Shown here: positions 51,142 to 64,000 of the stretch, one piece after another
Layout: every line of letters begins with the position of its first letter
How positions within the stretch are numbered: position 1 is the first letter of the stretch
Assembly (NCBI GenBank): GCA_012295275.1
Contig: CM022671.1
Span: forward strand, 20,336,001-20,400,000
DNA length: 64,000 nucleotides
Reading direction: 5' to 3'
From: Chrysomallon squamiferum
Taxonomy: Eukaryota > Animalia > Mollusca
Position numbers and translations under genes: made by a program
The notes under the pieces: generated by a model
Database searches by the model: none
What the model saw: only the letters and a program-made list of their open reading frames with translations
Told to the model about the DNA's origin: nothing

Positions 51142-54100
51142 TGAATAATTATCCCTTTTTGTGGGATCTGTTAATGCACGTACATATGTATAAGAATGAT
51201 CAAGCATATACATGTATAAGAGTGATCAAGTTTCTAGATATTTTAAATCATGTATATTATTCAGGTGATGAGACACAGTATGAGACTTGGGTTTCTCACA
51301 GTGAATTAAGGAAAAATGAAAATAAAAATGTGGATGGCTGTCTGCTGGGCAAAAAAGAAACCTTTCAAAGGTTATCAGTGGAAGCATGGTAATACAAATT
51401 TTATTTAATAATTATTTTTACAGCCCTTTTATTCTTCTTTTTTTCAATTCTTTTTATTAATCAAGAACACAGATTTTGTGTTCAGGTGATGATAATAATA
51501 TTGTTAGTTTCTGAACCCATGATTTTCAGATATCATCAGGCTTCCTATGAAATAAAGATAATTAAAAAAACTAGTAGAATTTGGTTTCTGTTTACTTCAG
51601 AAGTAACTGAACACAGTGGAGTATTACTGAGCATCCTTTATCCAAAATTGCAAAATCCAAAACTTCATAAGAACAGCCAAGATAATTTTTTAACGGCACA
51701 CAAATTGTAATTAAAGCACAAAACAATAAAAAATTTACATAAAATAACTTGAAGATCATGTACACTTCTTTGTTTTTTAATGCCAGTGTCTTTTGTGTCG
51801 CAGGTGTCGAATTGAATATAATCATGAAACCAAACCTGATGTTGAGATCTGCACCTGTACAAGAGAAGATTATGAATGGTAAACAAGTTTTTTTTATTTT
51901 TTTATTTACAGTTTTAGAGTATGTGGTCTATTTTATTTATTTTTTTATTATTATTTTTTTTATATCAATCATATTTTCCTAACAGAAGTGCACAGTGCAA
52001 TTTGCATCCTTATTTTTAAATCATCTTCAGCTGGTTAGATTTGTGTTAGGTCATTCTAAATATAAAATGGTCAGTTGTAAATAATGTTTATGTGTTTTAA
52101 TCATTAGTCATGTCTGTTTATGTGTTTAGTCATACCTGACAGTGATATTTATCCATGTATGTGTTGTGATTCTTTGTTTTTATTGTTTCAGTGATTATAC
52201 ATACTATCGACCTGTGGGCAGTGACATATGTCAGAAAGATCCTAATTTCCATGGTAATCAAATCGATATCTGTTACCTTGGACACGAAGAGGAAATAATT
52301 ACAAAAGGGTAATTTTCATTCTGTCATAACACTGCATCATGAATATTATATGTTACAATATATTAATTTATATTCAAGAAGTAATGTATTGAATTCTTTG
52401 TTTTTTCTAAATTATGAACATTCCTATACATGTAGGCTCTTTGTTTGTTTGGTGTCTTTTTACAAAACTATAAAATCTGCCTCGATTTACTTACTTCTTA
52501 TAAAAAAAAAAAATGTTTCTGTTTGAAGATACGTACTCATCATCTGCTCCAAGTTGGGTGGGAAAAAAAAACAGAATGCCTCTTGATGTTAATAAATTAT
52601 TAACAAATACCATACACAGACAAATAAAATGGGTTAAGTATAGTGTTAAAAAATTATATTTCTTTAAAAATGTTTTCAGCTATCGAAAAATCCCTGGTGA
52701 TGTTTGTTCTGGAGGAGTGAAGCTCAATGGAGAAATTGTGAATCTCACTTCTCAATGTTCGAGTAACAAAATATTTGTACAGTACGAACAGAAAAATGTG
52801 AAGGTAATTAATTTGATATAACAGAAATTTAATTATGTGCCTTACGATTAAAATTAATGTTAATTGAAATTTGACATGATATTTCTTTGTATTATTATTA
52901 TTTTTTTAATTATTATCATTATTTTTATTTCTTCATGATTTAAAAAAAAAAAATCATTTACTGTATTTTTAATTATACATATAAATGGCTATAGGTTTTG
53001 TTTTTTTCATGTCATAAGAAAAAAGAAAAATTACTTTGCATTTTGAATAAGCAAGAAAGTTTTGCTAAATAAATAAGAGATAATCTCAAGCTTTGAATAA
53101 CTGTTTTAATTTATTTAGTTAACTGTCACTTGTATGTAGTTTAAGGGTAAATTGCATGTGTTTGTCAGAATTAATGAGCGTTATATATCATCACTGTTTC
53201 AAATTTAAAACTATTTAATCAGGGCATCTGTATCTGATGCTTCAGAATTATAATTTTCTGAGCAATAAATTGTTTTACTTTCATCTGTTTAGGTTTTAAT
53301 AGTCATTTAGATTACTAATGTATTTTTACATCTGAGTTTATAACTGAATTATGTTTCATTTATAAAATTTAACTACTTGGTTAATACTTTACTGAAATGC
53401 TGATTTGGTCTTTTTGTTTATTTTTCTTGTGTACTCTTATAACAAATCTTGAATTAAGTTCCAGCTCATTTGTTATGATCTGAGAATAAAATTCTTTTTA
53501 CTGTATTGCTTATGTAGTTACATTCTTTTTCTGGGTTTCCTTTTTTCTGTTTGTTTGTTTTGTTTGTTTTTTGGGGGAGGGTTTGCATGTACACCTGAAA
53601 TGTAATAAAACTGTTCAGAGACTCAATTTTATTTTTTCCACAGATAGTGAATCTATTTTATATACACTTCTGCTAAATAATAACAAATTAGAAACTGATG
53701 GCACTCTTAATTGCTGCTCTTATTTTATTTCAATTTATTTTTATTTATTTATTTATTTTATTTTATTTTATTTTATTTTATTTTATTTTAAATTTTTAAA
53801 TTTTGTTTGTTCTAGACATCGTCTGGCAGCAGTAAACTACTGATATCCGTAATTGTTATAATTGTTGTAATCCTCATTGTGACCATGTCTTCCTACTTCT
53901 TGTACAAAGTCTATCTCCTCAGAAAACAGTAAGTCCTCTTTAAATCTCTTCTCTCTTTCGTTCAGGAATTCTTTGACAGTTATTATTTTATTTGTCAAAA
54001 TAATAGCATATTTTTAGTCGTTAATATTACAATTTATTTCACTTATTTTTTAAAGTTGTCATCTTATTCAAAAATCAAAACTGTATGAACTCACGCAGTA

Positions 54101-54517
54101 CAGATATAGATTAGTAGACCTGAACGATATCTTCAGCTTACAAAAGTTCAGATTAGACAAATATTTCTTCTCCATAAGTAATTTAATTTAAAATAATTTT
54201 ATCAAGCCTATTTCAGTATTAATTGTTTGAAGTACCACTACATTTGCTTCTGTTACACATTTATTATTATTAGCACTACAGTACAAAAAAACAATAGCTA
54301 TATTATCAAATAAACCATTTCATTTCCTCCATTAATGCATTATATTTGTGGGATATTTCTTTGATTTAAATAATTCTCTATTACTAATTCCAACAAACAA
54401 TTTTGAAAGGTAAAAAGCAGATAATAAATGCAGAATAAAAGAATAAATAAAATATCATGTTAATGTCACATATATTAATTAAGATGATTTTGTTAATTTT
54501 CTTTTACCACTATCAAA

Positions 54518-54552
<35 letters not shown>

Positions 54553-55722
54553 CTTAGTAATCGGAATCAGACTTAACCATTTTGTATTAATTGTTTTTAT
54601 TTTCCAGCAAAGTGGTTTATCGTTACTCACTACTCAAAAGTGGAGACAATGATTATGACAATGACTTTGAGAATGCCCTCACTCAGAATTCAACAGTTTA
54701 TGAGGACTCAACAGATGATGAGGTAAGAGGCAAAAATATTTCTATTAAATCTCTTGAGTGAATTTTTGGTTATTTGCTTTAATTTGCATCACATATGAGA
54801 TTATTGTTTAAATAACAAGCAGAAGAATTTATGTGAATAATGAACTAAGAGATGAAAATATTTCAAATTAACTAGTTGTTTTTTCAGCACTGATTTTCAA
54901 TCATTTAACTTGAATATGTATCATAATGTGAGGTCATTTATTTGATTTGTAAGCAGAGAAGTTGAAATAGTGTCATAAACAAAAGGTTTTTTTTGTTGAT
55001 ATTATTATTGCTTTTTTATCTTAATTAAAATAGGCTGAATCAAGAGATTCTTGGATCTTTGGAAACAATTTAGGTTTTTTTATGAGTTTTGGATTATTTG
55101 CCTTAATATACATGTGGTCTGTGTTATTTATACACATTGTATGCATTTTGTATATAAATGTTAAACTTCAAAAATGGAGTATTGCTAGACACAAAATAAG
55201 TACTATACAGAATATGGTAGGAACGGGAACAATAACCCAGTTTATTTTGAGAGGCAGCAAAGGTTTAAAATGTATTAGGTTTATTTTAGATTCAGGTTCT
55301 GTGACAACAGTGAACATTTTTATGTTTTAGGAAACGGGTGCTGATACTGCTCCAAAAGTACAAACCAGAAATTCACAAAATACCAATCACAAAGTCAAGT
55401 CATATCACGATGATTCAGATGTGGTAAGTATTATTAGTTTAAAGATATTTCTCTAAAAAAAAAAAATTTTAAAACATTAATTTAAGCATTTAAAAAAAAA
55501 AAAAAAAAAACTTGATTTCTTTCAGTTAAAATGAGCCCATAGAGAAATATGTATACATAGTTAAATTCTACATTCTACAGTAATGTCAACAATACAAAGT
55601 TAAATGTAATAGTTATTTCATTTTTGAAATGATATTTTATTATTATTATTATTATTAATATTTTATTATTATTATTATTATTATTATTTTTTTTAAATAT
55701 TTTCCAGGACATGCTAGAGTAA
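37066..55722 (+). CDS. SORT1: Sortilin (VPS10-domain sorting receptor), 22 coding exons, 865 aa
   Basis: Exons: 37066-37332, 37827-37892, 41782-41846, 42201-42303, 44519-44683, 45222-45289, 45698-45786, 46789-46940, 47789-47872, 48687-48747, 48983-49227, 49635-49737, 50469-50545, 50807-51083, 51265-51388, 51804-51878, 52192-52308, 52680-52803, 53816-53928, 54608-54722, 55331-55423, 55708-55722. All GT-AG, total 2598 nt in frame. Signal peptide, furin site RQKR, Asp-box repeats (STDYGRTW, TEDGGETF, STDGGLHW, SVDGGYTW, STDWGQCW), 10CC region (DGCLLG, CTCTREDYECDY, GYRKIPGDVCSGG), TM exon, and tail VYRYSLL...YHDDSDVDMLE* matching the sortilin tail HRYSVL...YHDDSDEDLLE. Confidence 0.96.
37613..37695 (+). 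repeat. 45-bp tandem duplication in sortilin intron 1
   Basis: CTGAAACTGAAATAACCAGGAACTGAAAATC(A/T)GACTTA occurs twice. Confidence 0.85.
40591..40735 (+). mobile_element. Decayed SINE-like dispersed repeat in sortilin intron 2
   Basis: GCTGTTTCCCATTCCAGC...TGGTATGTACTGTCCTCTCTGTGGGATGGTGCATATAGAAAATCTC shares motifs with 1757-1910, 15440-15620, 21335-21410 (minus), 43840-43990 and 45880-46040. Confidence 0.55.
43840..43990 (+). mobile_element. Decayed SINE-like repeat, same family as 40591
   Basis: CTGGTGTATCACAGTCTGTAGTATGCTTTGCACTGTCTTTGAAAAGTGCACATAAAAGATCCTTTGCTG resembles 40667-40725. Confidence 0.45.
46165..46390 (+). repeat. ~31-bp minisatellite in a sortilin intron
   Basis: Repeating TATACTTATGACCCTGTTGGCTTTCCTC-like unit. 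Confidence 0.7.
47850..48310 (+). repeat. Degenerate tandem amplification of the sortilin exon 9 3' end and its splice donor
   Basis: The unit (TTAC)CACTGACTGGTGACAGAGTAAGCATTTATA recurs near 47856, 47930, 48041, 48125 and 48201. Confidence 0.75.
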
Positions 55723-58700
55723 CAAGGATAACAAACTGAATATATACACTGTCTGCAGTGTGGTGGTCATTGTGGGTGCATCTTCTTTCATTGTGATACT
55801 TCTTCCTGCTCTTACAAACTGCTTGCTTTTTCTCAATATTCTTTTTCTGTTTTTTGATCATAAAGCCTGTCTGTCAATGCAAATGTGTTTAGTATTTATT
55901 TCAAGTTAGTTTGTAAAAACGTGCTGAATTTTTCACTTTTATTTATGCAGTTTTGGAAGGGATGAACTTATTGACCCATTAAAACATTTGTGATTTTCTT
56001 TCAGTTTTTATAAATTTATTTCTAATTTTATTACTATTATTATTTTTTTTTTTTATTCTCTCTCTGTTTTTTAAATTATTTATTTATATATATTTTTTTA
56101 GTGGTTTATTTTGTGTATGTGTACAGATTTTCTACAGTGGTCATTAAATTAAACAAGAATGTTAAAATTATATTCATAACATAAAACATGTAATACCTGT
56201 TATCAGTTCAGATTTCTTTCATACTTTTTTTTTTTCTTTTTAAACCAAAAAAAAAAAAAAAAAGAAATGGAAATTGCCTTTTTTGTTGTACATAATTGTG
56301 AACATAGTAAAATGCTTTGTGATTGCTCATAATAGGACATGGAAATACTAAATAACTTTAAATAATAAGAACATAAATAACTTTCAGAATGTGTTATTTA
56401 TTTAATAAATCTTACACATTTTTACAAATAGTATGTAGAATTTTCTGAAACTTATAACTTAGCCACTTTTATTTTTTTTTAATTTAATTAAATTTTTTAT
56501 TTCTGTTATTACAAATTGTATTTAGAAAGCGTGAAGAAATTTGTATCTTTGTGTAATTATTTTAATTAATTAATTTGTTTCTATTTTTTTTTTATTTATT
56601 TTTTTTTTATGTTTTTTTTTTTTTTTTTTTTTTGGTCTATTGAAGTAAAATGATTATCTAGTCTCTGGAGATAATCATTGTCTGTGGAGGTTACTTTTAA
56701 GAATTGAGAAATCCAGAAAGCCCTAGTCTGATCTCACTGTTTATTCCATGTTTACAGTATAATTCTGTGTTTTGTGTTTGCGTATCTCTTACAAACCCGT
56801 CATCTTCACATCTGTTTTCCACAATCAGTGTTTTACCTGATCATTATAGAATTATGTATTTGTTTTATCTATATGCTTCCACTGTTTAAAATAGATCTAT
56901 TGTAGCAGCAGAATATACAAATAGTTGATGCTTGTTAAATTGGTAGTGGCTTTTGAAGAAGAATAAAAAAAAAAATTTGTTTTATAAAGGCAGCGTTAGA
57001 ATTCCTCTAGTCATTTGAAGTAACTGTATGTTGATAATGCATGGCTGTATATTTTTTTACATACCATTAAAAAAAAAAAAAAATTAAAAATGAAAATAAA
57101 TAAATAAATAAATAAATAAATACTTATTTTAATATGTAAGAAAAAAAGATAAATGTAATTAATAGTATTGCTTATTTTTTTTTTTTTTTTGTGTAACTTA
57201 CGAAAGAAAACAACACTTAGTAATAAATGTTTTAAATTGGATTATTTTTGATGTTTTTAACAGCAAATCAAAAAAGAGGAGAAATATAATAAAATTTCAG
57301 TTTCTGTTATTCAAATAACTATATGGAGGAAAATAAAATCTTTATTTTTTTTTTTTTTTTGTTATCTTTTAAAAATATATATATATATATTTTATTATTA
57401 TTATTATATATTTTTTTTATAGAAACAAGATTGTAATAGTGTTAGTATTATTTCTGGGTTTTTTATGGTTTTTTATTTCCTAATTTCTTAATTAAAAAAT
57501 ATTTTTTATAATTCTCATTTATTTTTTTTCTTCTTAAAGGTTGACAATTTGTATAGATTTTATTAAAATATTAACATAAAAATATTATTCGTGTCTAAAC
57601 ATTCTTGTCATGAAACCTTGTATATGCAAACCTGCAAAAGTACAGCACAGCTGTAATGTGTCACATTAATTTAAACTGAAAATATTTACAAAGTAATTCT
57701 GCGTGAATGCTGACATTAATCAAATGATTTTTAAATTATATAGATGCTGATGGAAGCAGATTGTTGATGAAAAATTACTCTCTGGTCCTAAGTAATTAAT
57801 TTTTACTTTTTTACTTTTTTTTTTTTTTGAATTTTGAATTTTTTTAAAAATAATTTTTAAAACTACAACCGCCCCCCTCAAAAAAACCCCCAGCAACAAC
57901 AGCAAAAACCCTTTCTAAATTAGTTGTTTTTAGTACTTAAGTTTGTTTCATATTTATTTACAGATAAATTATTTAGCAAATTGCTAGGATCTGAAAGTAT
58001 ATTTGATTTAAGTTGAATAGTTTAGCAGTAAACCAGATTAGTTAGAAACCAGATAGATGTATAGAATGATTTTATTAATTTTAATTCTAAAATATTTGTG
58101 CTCAGTGAATTAAATATGAAAAGTATTTAAGAAAACTATGACATTCCTGAATCTTTGTACAATTGTCTTCTTCTTTTTTGTTTTTACCCCATTCTTTGCC
58201 TGTTTATAACATAGATTTTAAATCCTTTCTTGTTTAATTCAGTACCGGCAGTTAGGAATTCCTTGAATAAAATTTAAAAAATATAGAATCATACAAATTA
58301 CTGATTCTTTCTGTATTATCAAGTCAGATATTCAAATTATTTCTTTAGTATTAATATTTATTATTATTATTACAACTATTGTTGCTACTACTACTAGCAT
58401 TGTCATTATTATTATTATTATTATTAACCCAGCTTTGTTCAGCACTAGTAAAAATTAAAATATGTTTGTTATTCAATATTGCAATATAATTAGTGTAATA
58501 CAAAAAAAAAAATTTTAAATGTTCATTTCAGTGTGTTCTCTGATAAAGAATAACTTAAATTTTTTAAATACTGTAATAATTTAAAAATATATATATATAT
58601 ACACATATAAATTTAAATTTGGTTGATTCAAGTCAGACCATTTCAATTTTTCATGTTTGTCTTGTATTCCAGGAAGATACATGCTAGCATATTCATGTAT

Positions 58701-59785
58701 TGATAATGAATTTTTTTCTTCTAAAGTATTAATGTACAGATTTGTAAATTATTTATTTCACAGTTACACAGCTTACATTTTCAATATTTTGTGTTACATT
58801 GCAGGAAGTTGAGGCTAGCTAGCATACTTTTTAATTTTAAAACATTTTAATTTAAAATTGTTGTCATTACATCATACATACAGTGAAGAATTCATTTGCT
58901 TATTTTAACTATTTTCAAATAAAAATTTAGTCACATTCTATCAATATTTTATACATATATTAACATTCCTAATGTGTGTTTTGGTTTGGCATGGGAGAAA
59001 ACTTTTTTGAATAGAATTAATTTTTGATTGTTATTGTATTATTGAGTTCTTTCAGTAAACTGTAGCCAAAGGCTGGTTCATTTTATCTGTAAGCTAATTT
59101 TTAAAGTTTTTATTCAAATATAATTTGAAGTACTTTGGGTTCTTTTTTGGTTCTCAAGTGGCTTTTTTTCTTACTAGTTAATGTTTTTATTATTTCTTTA
59201 TATTTCAATTACAACTCATTCAAAGGCTGATGAAAGAAATGTGGTTATGTGTAAAAATGGTTTGTCAATTTATGTGGTTGTGTTTAATGATCAGTTTTCA
59301 TTTTATCTGAAGTATTAAAATGGAATTTATAGCTTTATTTATAAATAATGTTTAAAATATTTAAATATGTTTTCTTTATTAATGTTACATTTATTTCTAT
59401 TTTATTTTATTTATTATTTAAAAAAAAAAAAAAAAAAAAAAAAATCACATTATAGTGATGTTTTGATCTGAGCAGACTTACCACACTGATATTTTAATTT
59501 TTCACTGTATCCATGTACAGTGTACTATATTTGCCTAAAACAATTATTCAGAATGGAATCAATATTAACATTTTTACACATTGTTTATAATTTTTATTTA
59601 TTTTTTATTTTATATTATTATTATCATAATAAAATTTAGCTGGCAGTAAAGAAGGAAGAAAAATGATAAAATTAATGTAAATGTTGAAAGTTTATTTTTT
59701 TCATCAACTTTTTGTCTGTGCAATTATTCAGTGCAGTTGTGATGTTACTATTATTTATGTATTTATTTATTTATCTGTTTATTTA

Positions 59786-59833
<48 letters not shown>

Positions 59834-60760
59834 TTATTTATTTATTTATTCAGAATTAGTGTTTTCTATGTACCACAGGTGTTGGTTTTTTTTTATTTTT
59901 TTTATTTCTTGTTTATGTATATTATTTGTGAAGGATGTGCATATATGTAAATAAAACTGAGATTTCTATTAAACCAGTGTTGACTATAATATTTCTTTGT
60001 TTTTTTCATTTAAACCATTAAACCATAGGTAAGTAGACAAAAGTTTATTATCATTATTATTATTATTACTGTTTGTTGTTATTTTTATTATAAGATCAGA
60101 GTTTTATGATTTATTTATGTTGTCAAATCTTTCCACATAATTTCATTTTCATTACCAGTATTATTTGAAAATCTATCACTAAGAAAATTTTTATATTTAA
60201 ACTGATCAATTTATTGGCCCAAGTATCTTGGGAATTTTTCATTGGTACAGTTATTTATTTATTTATTTTTTTAAGAAAAAAAATTGGTTTTTGTTTTATT
60301 TATTTATTTATTTATTTTTATTTTAAGTCTTAAAGATAGAGTATTTATACATACAAAAAAAAAATCAAGCTAGAAAGAGGGAAACGGAATATGTAATGTA
60401 TATTTATACCAACGACATTTAAAAATAAGTAAATAAATAAATATCCATATGTAACATGTTATGATCTAAAGGAAATAACAGAATTCAAATTTAATATCTA
60501 ATAAGTAAAAAAGAAAGAAAGAAAGAAAGAAAAAGAATAACTTGTTGAAAACAAAGGAAAGAACATTAAAATAATGGGTAGTAATAGAGTATAAATAGAG
60601 TAATATATTATAAAAGAATATATTTGAATAGGTAAGTGAATAGGTCAAAAAAAAAAGGGGGGGGGAAGGGAAAAGATCACATTAAAATAATAATGGTTAT
60701 TACTGAATTAATATTCAAATTCTAAGAAACCTAAAACGGCAAAAGGCACTGCGATTAAAT

Positions 60761-61198
60761 AATTTACTACATGTCGCTCATGTTGTGAATTAAGGGGAAT
60801 AACTCTATTTCAAAGTCGTAAAATAAATAGAAAGACTGAGTCATTTTTATGGCTAATTAAAAAATTAAAATAGTAGTAATAATAAAAAATAAATAAAAAA
60901 TTGGAAAAATAATATTAATAATACTAATACTACTACTACTAATAATATGTTTAAAATAAATGAAAAAAATGAAAAGAAAAAAAACAACCTAAAAAAAAAC
61001 CTAAATTAACATAAAATATATACATTAAAAAATTAAAAAAAGGAAAGATAAAATAAAACCAATAATAACATAAATCAGTAAGTAATTAATTAATGTTAAA
61101 AAAAAAAAAAATTAATCCTTATTTGCCACATATTAATTCTTAGAAGTTAATTTTATTTTCCCATTTAAAAGACCCAATACTATTTAATTTATTTTTAA

Positions 61199-61259
<61 letters not shown>

Positions 61260-62407
61260 TGATTTAAAAAGAATAATCCAAATAAATTGTTAATTCATTT
61301 TTAAAGTTCCAACCTTTATTGTTTCGTAACATCATTTTAGAGTTATTTCCCTTACACCATGTTAATTTATTTTATCCCTACTTACTTTATTTTGTTACAT
61401 AGTAAAGTATATTTGCTTGTATGACTGCAAATATATGTAGAATGCAATAGAGGGATTATTTCTTCTTTTTAGAATAAAGTAATATATTATAAAAGAAAAT
61501 ATTGTTATTTTATTTTTTATATATATATGCCTCAGATTTATGCGAAGATTAAACATGAGAGATTGAAAGAGAAAACGAAAAAGTATGAAAAGAACAAAGA
61601 AATAAAGAAAGAAAGAAGAAGAAGAAGAAGAAGAAGAAGAAGAAGAAGATAAAGAAACCAACAGATGTTATAGATTTATACGTTGAATACATAACGATAG
61701 TTATGGTCCAAGGGGAACAACTCCAGATAAATGTAATTTCAAATAAGTAAAAAAACCACCCAAAAACCCAAGAAAATGAATAGGTTGTGGTCTAAGGGGA
61801 ATGACTCTACTTCAAATAATGTAAACTAAATAGAAAGACTGAGTCATTTTATGGCTTATTTAAAAAATTAAAATAATGATAATAATTAATAAAAAAATTA
61901 GATAATAAAAATTTTGAAAAATTATATTAATAATACTAATAGTAATGCTAATAGTACTACTACTACTACTACTGCTACTGCTACTGCTACTGCTACTGCT
62001 ACTACTACTACTACTAATAGTAAGTTTAAAAGAAATGAAAAATAAAAAAATAGAAAAAATAAAACAAAACAAAACAAAAAACCCCCAATATATACATTAA
62101 AAAATAAAACAGGAAAGAAAAAGATAAAACCAATAATAACATAAATCAGTAAGTAATTAATGTTTAAAAAAAACAACAAAACTAATCCTTATTTGCCACA
62201 TATTAAATCTTAAATGTTACTTTTATTTTCCCATTTAAAAACCCATTATTAGTAACCAGCACTATTAGATTTTTTTTTTTTTTTAAATATTAATAATAAA
62301 AATAATGATTTAGAACAAATAATTTACTACATGTCGTTCATGTTGTGGTCAAAGGGGAGTAACTCTATTTTGAAGTAATGTAAAATAAATAGAAAGACTG
62401 AGTCACC
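60761..62407 (+). repeat. Local duplication, ~1.05-kb spacing, plus a third partial copy
   Basis: AAGGGGAATAACTCTATTTCAAA...TAAATAGAAAGACTGAGTCA at ~60792, ~61794 and ~62352. CCAATAATAACATAAATCAGTAAGTAATTAA and AATCCTTATTTGCCACATATTAA occur at ~61060/61114 and ~62130/62184. Confidence 0.8.
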
Positions 62408-62492
62408 AATAGCTTATTAAAATAACGATCAATACATAGATAAGTAAATTAAAACATGTTAAAATGATAATAACAAAATAATAATAATAATA

Positions 62493-62523
<31 letters not shown>

Positions 62524-64000
62524 GTAGTAGTAGTAGTAGTAATAAAGAAAGAAAGATAAAAGAAAAAAGAAAAACAGTATATTTTACCTTCTTGCTGGAG
62601 AACAGGTTATTTTGGGCTAATAATGGTGGAGGTTCTGTTAAAATGCCACCAATAAAAAAATAAATAAATGACATAGCTCAGACAAGTGCATCTTGTAAAT
62701 TCACTTTATTTCAAAGGAAGCAGTCTAACATCAGTTAACTGGTTTGCACGGTTGCATGAAAAATACAAAAAACTAAAATCTGCTTCACAGTGTTTAAATG
62801 AGCCTTTTGAATATTATATATATATATTTTTTTTTTTTTTTTTTTTGTCAGTTCCAACAAATAACAGACTGTAATAAATAAAGAAAGTACATGTGATTTT
62901 CAGTCATTCATTTGTACCATTTTATCATAATCATTAGATAGTAATTACAATATAATTTACAAGTCAGTCAGCTATAATAAATACCAACAGTATAATCATT
63001 ATTACAGTCATGATTTTCTTTTATGTATACAAATTGTCATATAGTGATGTGGATATGAAAAACTTTATACAAATATTAACTGAAACAGAAAAACAACAGC
63101 AGTGTAATGTAAGTTGGATTATTACAGATACTTAGTAACTGAATTTGTAACCTGGAAACCTCAGGTCTTTGTATTTTTGTGAGCGTAAGTAGCTAAAATT
63201 TAAAAAAGATGTCTAGAATCTTGAGGTCACAAAAAGTCCCCCCCCAAAAAAATAAAAAATAAAAACATCAACAAGAATCAAAAACACAATTTTGCCATCA
63301 TAATATTGCTTTATTTGTTTTGAATAAATTGTTCTGAGTATTTACATCTGTTCAGCTGTACAGAATTCTAATCATCGTGAAAATCCAGCTGTTAATCCAT
63401 GATAGCTTCACATCCAAAAGACAAAGGATAAATACAGAAAAAAATAAGAAAGAAAGAAAGAAAAGAAATAATAATACTAATAAATTAGAAATAATATATT
63501 TTGTTCAAATAAAAAGTTATAAAAAAATAAAATGTTAAATACTTATAGAATAAAATAAATTATAAATTATAAAAATAAACAACAATAAAAAGGCAAATAT
63601 TGATACTTTTACCAGTTAATATAGATACTTTTACCAGTTAAATAGTTACACAGCAAATGTATTCATGGTATCTGACTGGCAGCTGAAACGTCCCCGTACT
63701 TTCAGTCAAAATAGCGAATTTCGTCGACTGATGTTGATACTTTAATTTGTTTTATTGCTGAACTATTCATTGATCTAAATGTTCGTTTTGTTTGTTCATT
63801 TTTTTGTTTAATTTTTTTTTTTTTTTTTTTTTTTGTTGTTGTTGTTGTTCTTCTTCTTCTTCTTCTTCAGTTCTTGTGTTTTGTGCGTGCGTGGTGCGTG
63901 TATTATGTGTGTGTTTCATTTTTTATTTTGTTTGTTTGTTATTTTGGAGGTGAAAGCAGTTTGAAAAAGCGCGCCTCCCGATATTTACCTAAAAAATTTA

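Overview
AT-rich, microsatellite-dense eukaryotic DNA with GT-AG introns. The gene and repeat content suggest a mollusc, probably a gastropod (inference). Four protein-coding genes were reconstructed by hand. (1) The 5' three exons of a minus-strand PGP/SHIPPO-repeat ciliary or sperm-tail gene (ODF3/STPG-like) that runs off the left edge. (2) A complete 16-exon aminoacylase-1 (ACY1, minus strand, 16052..3497, 400 aa), largely invisible in the ORF track. (3) An orphan class-A GPCR with an intronless CDS (29514..30770, 418 aa). (4) A complete 22-exon sortilin (SORT1, VPS10-domain receptor, 37066..55722, 865 aa). Non-coding DNA carries an internally deleted Tigger/pogo transposon, a TA-flanked MITE, a hAT-type non-autonomous element, a ~235-bp foldback palindrome, decayed SINE-like remnants and local duplications. 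I found no convincing novel multi-gene system. The best leads are a duplicated sorting signal in the sortilin tail that exon skipping could switch, an amplified splice-donor array in a sortilin intron, and the structured or foldback elements. Most short ORFs in the track are microsatellite artefacts. All coordinates were counted manually.
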